Part shown: positions 1 through 6,998 of the stretch, piece by piece | How positions within the stretch are numbered: position 1 is the first letter of the stretch | Layout: every line of letters starts with the position of its first letter | Source: Omnitrophica bacterium RIFOXYB12_FULL_50_7 | GTDB lineage: Bacteria; Omnitrophota; Omnitrophia; Omnitrophales; Aquincolibacteriaceae | NCBI GenBank assembly: GCA_001804345.1 | Contig: MHFU01000056.1 | Coordinates: 11,034 to 45,458, forward strand | Direction of reading: 5' to 3' | DNA length: 34,425 bases | Program-made: the position numbers and the translations under genes | Notes under the pieces: generated by a model | The model's input: the letters and a program-made list of their open reading frames with translations, nothing else | Databases searched by the model: none | Told to the model about the DNA's origin: nothing

Positions 1-194
1 GGATGGTCGTGCGTTGTCCCGTCAGCCAGATCCGCACGTCCGGACGTAATGCCGTGGGCGTTCATGTCATGCGCCTTAAGGACAAAGACAAGATCGCTTC
101 CGCCACGCGCGTGGTCGCCAAAGAAGAAGAGGCCAATGCGGACCCGCTCGAGCTTTTGGACGACAAAGCCGTAGCGAAGAAAAGTTCCAAATAG
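1..194 (+). CDS. gyrA: DNA gyrase subunit A, C-terminal fragment (5' end outside window)
   Basis: Frame is open from the window edge to TAG 192-194. The tail SGRNAVGVHVMRLKDKDKIASATRV plus an acidic end resembles the last GyrA C-terminal beta-pinwheel blade (GRxxxGV motif). Confidence 0.7.
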   Translation, partial: MVVRCPVSQIRTSGRNAVGVHVMRLKDKDKIASATRVVAKEEEANADPLELLDDKAVAKKSSK

Positions 195-207
195 GAGCCC
201 GCGGCCC

Positions 208-1479
208 GTGCTCGATCTCAAATTCATCCGCGAAAATCCCGACCAGGTTGCCAAAGGCCTTGCTGCCAAGGGTGTTGCTCTCGACCTCGAATCTCTGCTC
301 TCCTTGGACGGCGAACGGCGAACTCTGTTAAAAGAGGTTGAAATCCTGAAGGCCAAAAGGAATGCCGCAAATGACGATATCGCCCGCCTCAAGAAGCAAG
401 GCCAACCAACGGATGCCATAATATCCGAAATGAAGCTATCGTCCCAAAAAATAGCCGATTTTGACTCTAAAGTGGGTGAGATTTCTGGAAAAATAGTAGA
501 AATAGCGCTCTTAATCCCTAATATGCCACTGCCAGAGGTCCCTGTTTGCAAGGGAGCCGAGGGCAATAAAGTGGTCAGGACATGGGGTGAGCCGCGAAAA
601 CTTGGCTTTAAAGCTAAAGATCATCTCGATCTAGCCTCTGAGCTGGGTCTTTTCTCGATGGAAAAGGGGAGCAAGATCACGGGGGCGGGTTTTCCTGTCT
701 ACTTTGGAGAGGGCGCCAGGCTCGAGAGGGTGCTGATAAGCTTCATGATCGACCTTCACGTTAAAAAGCACGGCTATACCGAAGTCTGGGCCCCGGCCAT
801 CGTGAACCGCGCGTCGATGCGGGGCACAGGGCAGATCCCTAAAATGGAAGAGGACATGTACGCGCTGGCGGCGGGGGAAGGCGAAGAAAAGGGTTCTTAT
901 TTTCTTATCCCGACCGCGGAGGTTCCGATCACGAACCTGATGCGCGACGAAACGATCGAAGAGAAAGACCTGCCTGTTAAATACACGGGCTACACGCCGT
1001 GTTTCCGGAAGGAAGCGGGCTCTTATGGGAAAGACACCCGAGGACTTTCGCGCGTCCACCAGTTCGACAAGGTCGAAATGGTGAAGTTCGTCAAACCGGA
1101 AGGTTCAGGGCAGGAGCTGGAAGCTCTCGTCAAAGACGCCGAAGAGGTCCTGCAGGAGCTGGAACTTCCTTATCGCGTTGTGTTGCTCGGAAGCGGGGAC
1201 ATGAGTTTTGCGGCAGCGAAATGTTACGATCTCGAGGTCTGGGCCCCGGCGACGCAGAAATGGTTTGAGGTCTCAAGCTGCAGCCTCTTCACAGATTTTC
1301 AGGCAAGGAGGATGAATATCCGCTACCGGAACGCTACGACCAAAAAACTCGAATTCGTGCACACGCTCAATGGCTCCGGCCTGGCCTTTGCCAGGATCGT
1401 TCTTTGCCTTCTCGAAAACTTTCAGGATTCAAACGGAAAAATCCTTTTCCCGAAAGCCCTGCAGACGTATTTCACGTAA
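208..1479 (+). CDS. serS: seryl-tRNA synthetase
   Basis: 423 aa with a GTG start. N-terminal MLDLKFIRENPD coiled-coil arm. Class II aaRS core motifs (FRKEAGSYGKDTRGLSRVHQFDKVE, NGSGLAFARI). Confidence 0.95.
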   Translation: MLDLKFIRENPDQVAKGLAAKGVALDLESLLSLDGERRTLLKEVEILKAKRNAANDDIARLKKQGQPTDAIISEMKLSSQKIADFDSKVGEISGKIVEIALLIPNMPLPEVPVCKGAEGNKVVRTWGEPRKLGFKAKDHLDLASELGLFSMEKGSKITGAGFPVYFGEGARLERVLISFMIDLHVKKHGYTEVWAPAIVNRASMRGTGQIPKMEEDMYALAAGEGEEKGSYFLIPTAEVPITNLMRDETIEEKDLPVKYTGYTPCFRKEAGSYGKDTRGLSRVHQFDKVEMVKFVKPEGSGQELEALVKDAEEVLQELELPYRVVLLGSGDMSFAAAKCYDLEVWAPATQKWFEVSSCSLFTDFQARRMNIRYRNATTKKLEFVHTLNGSGLAFARIVLCLLENFQDSNGKILFPKALQTYFT

Positions 1480-1544
1480 GCGTAGCGTTTTGATTCCTTG
1501 ACCGTTTTGTCTGAAATAAATAAACTCTAGCGCGCTTTGCGCGC

Positions 1545-1603
1545 GGGGAACGATGAACGGGAAACGGCGAACGAAAAGCGTTAACCGTTCCCCGACGTTT
1601 GCC
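1545..1603. repeat. Imperfect inverted repeat built from tandem heptamers (GGGAACG-type arms)
   Basis: Left arm GGGGAACG ATGAACG GGAAACG GCGAACG, loop AAAAG, right arm CGTTAAC CGTTCCC CGACGTT. Its core closely resembles the element at 20765-20829. Confidence 0.6.
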
Positions 1604-1613
1604 GGTAATTTGC

Positions 1614-1744
1614 GGAGAGGTCGCATAGTCATTTAAAGCGTAGCAAAAAACGATCTCGAGACGCGAAGCGTCGAGAGGCCTTAAAGAAAGATCTCTCACA
1701 CTGCAGAAGCGTTCGAGATCCAAAACTTCAGAAAACAAAATTTT
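1614..1744 (+). mobile_element. ORF-less remnant of the GIY-YIG cassette, starting with a duplicate of the tRNA-Ser 5' end
   Basis: Begins GGAGAGGTCGCATAGTCATT, whose first 15 nt match the tRNA-Ser genes. Shares the hairpin ending GAGAGGCCTT and the tail AGATCTCTC..CAC..AAGCGT..TCGAG.TCCAAAA..TTTT with the unit at 1895-2261, but lacks the ORF. Confidence 0.5.
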
Positions 1745-1833
1745 GGAGAGGTCGCATAGCCTGGTTTAGTGCGCTCGCCTGGAAAGCGGGTAGGCCAAAA
1801 GCCTCGCGAGTTCGAATCTCGCCCTCTCCGCCA
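1745..1833 (+). tRNA. tRNA-Ser(GGA), CCA encoded
   Basis: Acceptor GGAGAGG/CCTCTCC, anticodon loop CTGGAAA, long variable arm, T-loop TTCGAAT, discriminator G followed by CCA. Confidence 0.92.
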
Positions 1834-1849
1834 TAATTTTTTCAGTTTT

Positions 1850-1890
1850 GTCTGTGGTCTATACGTATAGTCTCTGGTCTGCTGTCTAGT
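1850..1890. repeat. Tandem heptamer array (GTCTNNN-type)
   Basis: GTCTGTG GTCTATA CGTATA GTCTCTG GTCTGCT GTCTAGT. Shares a 16-nt identical core, TATAGTCTCTGGTCTG, with the reverse complement of 21563-21591. Confidence 0.6.
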
Positions 1891-1894
1891 TCGT

Positions 1895-2261
1895 GGAGAG
1901 GTCGCATAGTCATTCGCTTCTTGGCGAATGACCTCGAGGCGCATGGCGCCGAGAGGCCTTTGAAATGCTGAAAGATTGGTTTCTCTACATCGTCGAATGT
2001 CGCACGAAAGATCTGTATGTCGGCATCGCTCAAGACGTAGAAAAACGGGTAGCCTTGCATAACAAGGGGCGCGCGTGCCGCTATACGAAGTTTAGGAGGC
2101 CCGCGGCGCCGGTCTATGAAGAGCTTTGCGGCACCTATGCGGCGGCCCGAAAGAGGGAAAAAGACGTTAAAGAGTTTTCCAGAGACAAGAAGTTGGCACT
2201 GAGAGATCTCTCGTCACAGAAAGCGTGACTCGAGGTCCAAAAATTTGCTCTATAAATTTTT
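1895..2261 (+). mobile_element. GIY-YIG cassette prefixed by a duplicated tRNA-Ser 5' end
   Basis: Starts GGAGAGGTCGCATAGTCATT, then a perfect 9-bp hairpin (GTCATTCGC/GCGAATGAC), a second conserved hairpin, the GIY-YIG ORF, and a tail homologous to 1700-1744. It abuts tRNA-Ser(GCU). Confidence 0.55.
1965..2228 (+). CDS. GIY-YIG nuclease family protein (UPF0213-like, 87 aa)
   Basis: WFLYIVECRTKDLYVGIAQDVEKRVALHNKG..RYTKFRRP..VYEE...REKDVKEFSRDKK matches the small GIY-YIG/URI-domain family pattern. Confidence 0.85.
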   Translation: MLKDWFLYIVECRTKDLYVGIAQDVEKRVALHNKGRACRYTKFRRPAAPVYEELCGTYAAARKREKDVKEFSRDKKLALRDLSSQKA

Positions 2262-2352
2262 GGAGAGGTCGCATAGCCCGGTTTAGTGCGGCGGTTTGCT
2301 AAACCGCTGTGGCGCGAAAGCGTCACCGGGGGTTCAAATCCCCCCCTCTCCG
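2262..2352 (+). tRNA. tRNA-Ser(GCU)
   Basis: Same acceptor and D region as the Ser(GGA) gene. Anticodon arm GCGGT TTGCTAA ACCGC, long variable arm, T-loop TTCAAAT. CCA is not encoded. Confidence 0.92.
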
Positions 2353-2568
2353 TTTTTATTTTTACCACCAAAACTGTTAGTTTTTACTTCATTCAGTTTT
2401 TCTCAAGCACGACGTTAACAGTGTCCCACGTCAGACTGAAGCCCACAGACTGCAGCCTGCAGGGAAACATCCGAAAAAGATAAGAACAATTCGCGCGCCG
2501 TAACTGCCGCCAATGACGGAGTCTCGTCGAAAGGCGGAAAAAGCCGCAATAAAAAAAGGAGTCCCGCC

Positions 2569-3333
2569 ATGGAAAACCAAACTAACGACAAATTGAATTT
2601 TCTCAAGAACACTCAGATCATTATTCTCGGGCTTTGTATCGCCGGGGCCACGATCGCATCAAGCATCATTTTTTCAAAAGGCTTTTTATCAGTGACGAAA
2701 TTTATGCGGGAACAGATCACCGTGACAGGCTCGGCGCAAAAAAACATCAAAAGCGATTATGCTGTGTGGGCCGGATCTTTCTCAAGGCGTGAGGTTGATA
2801 TGGCGACAGCTTTTAAAGGTCTCGGTGGAGATCTTGCGAAAGTAAAACAATACCTCACAACCCAGGGGAGCGGGGACAACGAGATTGTCGTTCGGCAGAT
2901 TGAGACCGAGACAATTTATAAAAAGAACGAGAAAGGTAATGCTACCAACGATATCGAGGGATACCGTCTTAAGCAGAATGTGGAGCTACATTCCAAGGAC
3001 GTTTATAAAATCGCCAGAATCTCTCGGGAAGCCACGGGGCTGATCAACGAGGGAATAGAATTTTATTCCGGGAGCCCGGAGTATTTCTATGCAAAGCTCG
3101 ATGAACTCAAGGTCGAAATGCTTGCCAAGGCCACCGAAAACGCCAAGCTTCGGGCGGAGAACATGGTCAAAGCCACAGGCAACAAGATCGGGTTCATGCG
3201 CTCCGCCCGGATGGGAGTCTTCCAGATCACGCCGGTCAACTCCACCGAAATCGCGGACTGGGGCATGAACGACACGAGCTCGCTGGACAAGAAAGTCACC
3301 GCGGTCGTTAACGCCAGTTTCTCGATCGAATAA
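2569..3333 (+). CDS. SIMPL (DUF541) domain protein with N-terminal membrane anchor
   Basis: 254 aa with an AAGGAG RBS. TM segment IIILGLCIAGATIASSIIF. ITVTGSA...and the C-terminal region (ENAKLRAENMVKATGNKIG...VFQITP) resemble the SIMPL/26-kDa periplasmic protein family. Confidence 0.7.
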   Translation: MENQTNDKLNFLKNTQIIILGLCIAGATIASSIIFSKGFLSVTKFMREQITVTGSAQKNIKSDYAVWAGSFSRREVDMATAFKGLGGDLAKVKQYLTTQGSGDNEIVVRQIETETIYKKNEKGNATNDIEGYRLKQNVELHSKDVYKIARISREATGLINEGIEFYSGSPEYFYAKLDELKVEMLAKATENAKLRAENMVKATGNKIGFMRSARMGVFQITPVNSTEIADWGMNDTSSLDKKVTAVVNASFSIE

Positions 3334-3348
3334 TAAAAAGGGATCTTT

Positions 3349-3376
3349 TTGCAATCCCCTCAGAAATGCGTATAAT
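3349..3376 (+). promoter_or_regulatory. Candidate sigma70 promoter upstream of tRNA-Arg
   Basis: TTGCAA (3349-3354), 16-nt spacer, TATAAT (3371-3376). Lies about 175 nt upstream of the tRNA. Confidence 0.45.
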
Positions 3377-3550
3377 GCACCCCTCTGTTCTTTCCGGATG
3401 GACGCCTATTTGACGCGGGGACTTTTCTGGAGAAAATGTCGAAAGAGGGCGTTTTCGTAAGTCGTTTAAAACAAAATGGTTACGACTAATGTGCTCTGAA
3501 CCACAATAGGTTCAGGGCAGCAGTGAGTAGAAGAAAAATTAATGTGGTTT

Positions 3551-3624
3551 GCGCCCGTAGCTCAATTGGATAGAGCACCACACTACGGATGTGGGGGTTG
3601 CAGGTTCAACTCCTGCCGGGCGCG
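3551..3624 (+). tRNA. tRNA-Arg(ACG)
   Basis: Acceptor GCGCCCG/CGGGCGC, D arm GCTC..GAGC, anticodon arm CCACA CTACGGA TGTGG, T arm GCAGG TTCAACT CCTGC. Confidence 0.93.
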
Positions 3625-3628
3625 ATTT

Positions 3629-3670
3629 AAAACGGGTACAGCCTTTCTTAGGGTTGTACCCGTTTTATTT
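3629..3670 (+). terminator. Rho-independent terminator after tRNA-Arg
   Basis: Stem AAACGGGTACA / TGTACCCGTTT followed by a T-rich tract (TTTTATTT). Confidence 0.6.
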
Positions 3671-3690
3671 ATGCTGTTGCAGGAGTTTCT

Positions 3691-3741
3691 GCCACAAAGC
3701 GTTGGCGGATCCGTCCTCTGGTGGAGAAGGGAGCCTCCGCC
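3691..3741. repeat. Dispersed ~50-nt repeat found downstream of tRNA genes (copy 1)
   Basis: GCCACAAAGCGTTGGCGGATCCGTCC...GGTGGAGAAGGGAGCCTCCGCC. A near copy lies at 11191-11244 and a weaker one at 5771-5803. Confidence 0.45.
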
Positions 3742-3804
3742 AAACAAGGAGTTTTTCTTTTTGTGATGACCGCCTTCCAAAAACTCTTATAATAAGCCCC
3801 GCTT

Positions 3805-4308
3805 ATGGAAAAACCTCATCATGATCATTTCATGAAAGAAGCCGTTAAACAGGCCGTGATCGCGCTTGAAAAAGGCGAGGTGCCGGTGGGCGCGGTGGTG
3901 GTCTGGAAACAAAAGATCATTGCCCGCGCGTACAACCAAATGGAAATGCTCCGGGACCCGACAGCACACGCGGAGATGATCGCCCTGACGCAAGCGTCCG
4001 AAACCCTGAGTCAGATGCCGGAGGCGCAGCCCAGGGGGAAAGATCATCGCGGGTCGCTCGAGGGGGCGACTCTTTATGTAACGCTGGAGCCTTGTCCGAT
4101 GTGTGCCGGAGCGCTCGTGATGACCAAGTGTACGAATTTGGTGTATGGCGCCCGCGATGCGAAAGCCGGAGCGTGCCACAGCCTTTTCAGGATTACGGAA
4201 GACGATCGGCTGAACCACCGCTTGAAGGTGACGGGCGGCGTGATGGCGGATGACGCAAAGTTCTTATTGTCCGAGTTTTTTAAGAATCTCAGAAAAGAGA
4301 AACGTTAA
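3805..4308 (+). CDS. tadA: tRNA-specific adenosine deaminase
   Basis: CMP/dCMP deaminase zinc motifs HAEMIAL and LEPCPMCAGAL. 167 aa, with a slightly longer spacer than usual between the two motifs. Confidence 0.9.
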   Translation: MEKPHHDHFMKEAVKQAVIALEKGEVPVGAVVVWKQKIIARAYNQMEMLRDPTAHAEMIALTQASETLSQMPEAQPRGKDHRGSLEGATLYVTLEPCPMCAGALVMTKCTNLVYGARDAKAGACHSLFRITEDDRLNHRLKVTGGVMADDAKFLLSEFFKNLRKEKR

Positions 4309-4335
4309 AAAAACAAGCGAACAGGAGATGCTTCG

Positions 4336-5694
4336 ATGGAAAAAACAGTTCTTTTAGTGGGCGACGCTCAGTTTTTGGCCGAGATGTACGGGGTTCTTTC
4401 TCCCCTAACTGGCGTTGTGGAATCGCTGGGCGACGAAAAGGATGCTTTGAAGAAGATGCGGGGCGAGCACATCAGAACAATGGTTGTGGATGATGATGTC
4501 TGTTCGCGGAAAACTTTTGGGCGGCTACTCGCGCACGCAAAGCGCGTCGGAAAGGACGTGATTGTTCTTTCTTCAGACGCGAGGCATGAAAAGATCCTTG
4601 CGGCTCAAAAGGCCGGCGCAAGCGACTACATTTTGAAGCCGCACCATGTTCGTGAATTCATAGCTCGCTTTAACGCTGTCCGGTACAAAAAAACGAGAAT
4701 CGTCTGCCTCGGAGGAGGCACCGGTCTTTTTAACCTTCTCATAGGACTGAAAGACATTCGCAACACGCTTCTCTTTTCTATCGTGAGCACAACCGACGAC
4801 GGGGGGTCCTCGGGCCGACTGCGCGCCTCTTTCGGGATTCTTCCCCCGGGTGATATCCGGAGAAGTCTTGTGGCTCTTTCGGATGCTCCGGAGCTTATGA
4901 ACCAGCTTATGCAATATCGTTTCACGAAAGGCGGACATTTTGTCGGGCACAACTTCGGGAATCTTTTTCTTACAGCGCTCGCTGAGTTGAGAGGATCCAT
5001 GACCGCAGCGGTCCGTGATATCAGCGACCTCCTTTATCTCCAGGGGATCGTTCTCCCGGCGGTAGAGAACCAGGCAACGCTTTGCGCGCGCTTTAAGAAC
5101 GGCAAGGTCATTAAGGGGGAAAGCGCAATCGATCTTTGCAAGGGACGTGATCCGGAGCTTCTTATCACGAAGGTCTGGCACGAACCCGAGGCGATCTGCA
5201 ACAAGAACCTTTTTCCCGTCCTTATCAACGCCGATCTGGTCCTCATCGGCCCGGGAGATCTTTACACGAGCGTTGTCACGAACCTGCTGGTGAAGGATAT
5301 CCGGAGAGCGTTGGCGATAACCAAAGCGAAAAAAGTTTTTATCTGCAATCTCATGAACAAGCCGGGCGAAACATCCGGGTATGATGCCGCGACACATACT
5401 AAAGAGATCGTCCGCTACATGGGCGGGGATTATCTAGATTATGCGATCTATTCCAGCACCTATCTTTCGTTTTCCGCGATACAGCGGTATGCGGAGAATA
5501 AGCAGACCCTCGTGAGCGTCGGGAATGTGGATGCCTTGAGGCGTATTACCAAAGCCAAGATCATTCTTGACGATGTGAGTCACGAAACCGAGCTTGTTCG
5601 GCATGATAGCGCGAAGATAAGGCGCGAAATAGAAAAGGTCATAGCCGGGAAGACCAACAAGCACGCGCGAAACCTGCCTTTGCAAGGGAGCTAA
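4336..5694 (+). CDS. Response-regulator receiver domain fused to YvcK/CofD-family (UPF0052) domain
   Basis: N-terminal ~120 aa is REC-like (VVDDD, VLSSD, DYILKP). The rest has YvcK hallmarks: CLGGGTGL, TDDGGSSGRLR, PPGDIRRSLVALS, IGPGDLYTSV. Confidence 0.85.
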   Translation: MEKTVLLVGDAQFLAEMYGVLSPLTGVVESLGDEKDALKKMRGEHIRTMVVDDDVCSRKTFGRLLAHAKRVGKDVIVLSSDARHEKILAAQKAGASDYILKPHHVREFIARFNAVRYKKTRIVCLGGGTGLFNLLIGLKDIRNTLLFSIVSTTDDGGSSGRLRASFGILPPGDIRRSLVALSDAPELMNQLMQYRFTKGGHFVGHNFGNLFLTALAELRGSMTAAVRDISDLLYLQGIVLPAVENQATLCARFKNGKVIKGESAIDLCKGRDPELLITKVWHEPEAICNKNLFPVLINADLVLIGPGDLYTSVVTNLLVKDIRRALAITKAKKVFICNLMNKPGETSGYDAATHTKEIVRYMGGDYLDYAIYSSTYLSFSAIQRYAENKQTLVSVGNVDALRRITKAKIILDDVSHETELVRHDSAKIRREIEKVIAGKTNKHARNLPLQGS

Positions 5695-5851
5695 AAACGG
5701 CGATTTTTCCGCCTCCGGCGGAGAAGGCAAGCGGCAGTCTTGCCACCGCCTGCTCCGCCAAAAAACTTGGGACGGATCCGCCCTTCGGCGGAGAAGAGGC
5801 GGGGTCCCGCCTCAGTTGGGCGGGAAAAATCTTGTACTTTTGTTTATGCGT

Positions 5852-5891
5852 GGAGAGGTGGCAGAGCGGTTGAATGCGGCAGTCTTGAAAA
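5852..5891 (+). pseudogene. tRNA-Ser(UGA) 5' half fragment, ending just after the anticodon loop
   Basis: 40 nt (43 with the upstream CGT) identical to 11017-11056 of the intact gene. The match ends one base past the loop CTTGAAA. Confidence 0.85.
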
Positions 5892-6239
5892 ACGCCCTAT
5901 CATCTTTCTGTAACCCATTGAAACTACTACTAAATCGTTCAGCGCCTTCAACTTGTCGCTTTCTTGTTACTTCTTGTCAGCACGTCTGAATCGATGTGAT
6001 TTTGTATCAGAGTAGTCACCCCGTGGTCACCAGGACGAATTTAAATCATTTGCTTTGTGCTGATATTTTGTCGACCAGAACTAATGATTTATCCCCATGC
6101 TTCAACGCGAAATATTTTTGAGAGTGGAATGCGGGTCCTGAAAGGGAGTTTTTGTTTGACGGGCAATCTCCTTAGGTCTAGTCTGTCCCTCGAACCGTTT
6201 TTGCATTTATAACCATTGACCCGCAAGGAGGTTGTGACG

Positions 6240-6986
6240 ATGGCTACGCAAACATTTGTAGAAGGATTATCTGACACTATTGGTAAGTCATTGGCGGATT
6301 TTGTAGATTCCACAAAGAAAGCTTTTGGTGATGATCTGCGGTCGATTATTTTGTATGGTAGTGGGGCGGAGGGCAAATTACGGGCTACTTCGGACGTCAA
6401 CCTTATCGTGGTTCTCTCCGCATTCGACCGATCGAAATCAGACCTGTTGCGTGAACCATTCAGGACGGCTCACGCGGCTATCAATCTTAAAGTTATGCTG
6501 CTTCTTGAAAGCGAGATCAAGTCGGCCATCGAAGCTTTCTCTGTTAAATTTTTTGACATCATCCACCGGTACCGGATTTTATATGGTGCGGATGTCTTTA
6601 CCAACATCACTATCCCGCGAGAAGCAACCATCGCGCGTCTTAAACAGGTTCTTTTGAATCTCTCGCTTCGTTTGCGCGAGCAATATATGTTGTCTAGCTT
6701 GCGCGAAGAGCAGTTAGCGATAATTATCGCCGATTCAACTGGCCCGCTACGCGCATGTGCCGCGACTATTTTGGAACTAAAAGAGAAGATCCAAAAGGCC
6801 CCCAAAGAGGCTCTGCAGCATTTGGTTCACGGTTTTTCCGACACAAAGAATTGGGACGAGGTCCTAATGCATCTATCAGAGGCCAGGGAAACGCGGGCGC
6901 TGCCTCAGGGTGTCGCGGGGCCCACTTTGTTTAAGCTGATAGAACTGGCGAACAGGATGCGGTCACAAATTGAACAGTTGTCTTAG
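6240..6986 (+). CDS. Pol-beta superfamily nucleotidyltransferase domain protein
   Basis: AAGGAGG RBS 7-8 nt upstream of ATG 6240 (the track start at 6216 is a TTG). Motif ILYGSGAEGKLRATSDVNLIVVL matches GS..G.....SD.D. The C-terminal half is helical. Confidence 0.7.
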   Translation: MATQTFVEGLSDTIGKSLADFVDSTKKAFGDDLRSIILYGSGAEGKLRATSDVNLIVVLSAFDRSKSDLLREPFRTAHAAINLKVMLLLESEIKSAIEAFSVKFFDIIHRYRILYGADVFTNITIPREATIARLKQVLLNLSLRLREQYMLSSLREEQLAIIIADSTGPLRACAATILELKEKIQKAPKEALQHLVHGFSDTKNWDEVLMHLSEARETRALPQGVAGPTLFKLIELANRMRSQIEQLS

Positions 6987-6998
6987 GAGGACCGCCCA

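Noticed and set aside
195-207. T-box or other leader regulating serS
   Set aside because: Only 13 nt separate the gyrA stop from the serS start, so there is no room for a riboswitch or T-box leader.
1696-2371. Track ORFs overlapping the tRNA-Ser genes (1696-1944 minus, 1842-2060 minus, 2135-2371 minus, 2286-2483 plus)
   Set aside because: They run across tRNA genes and cassette repeats. The repeated peptide PGYATSP simply reflects the antisense tRNA sequence.
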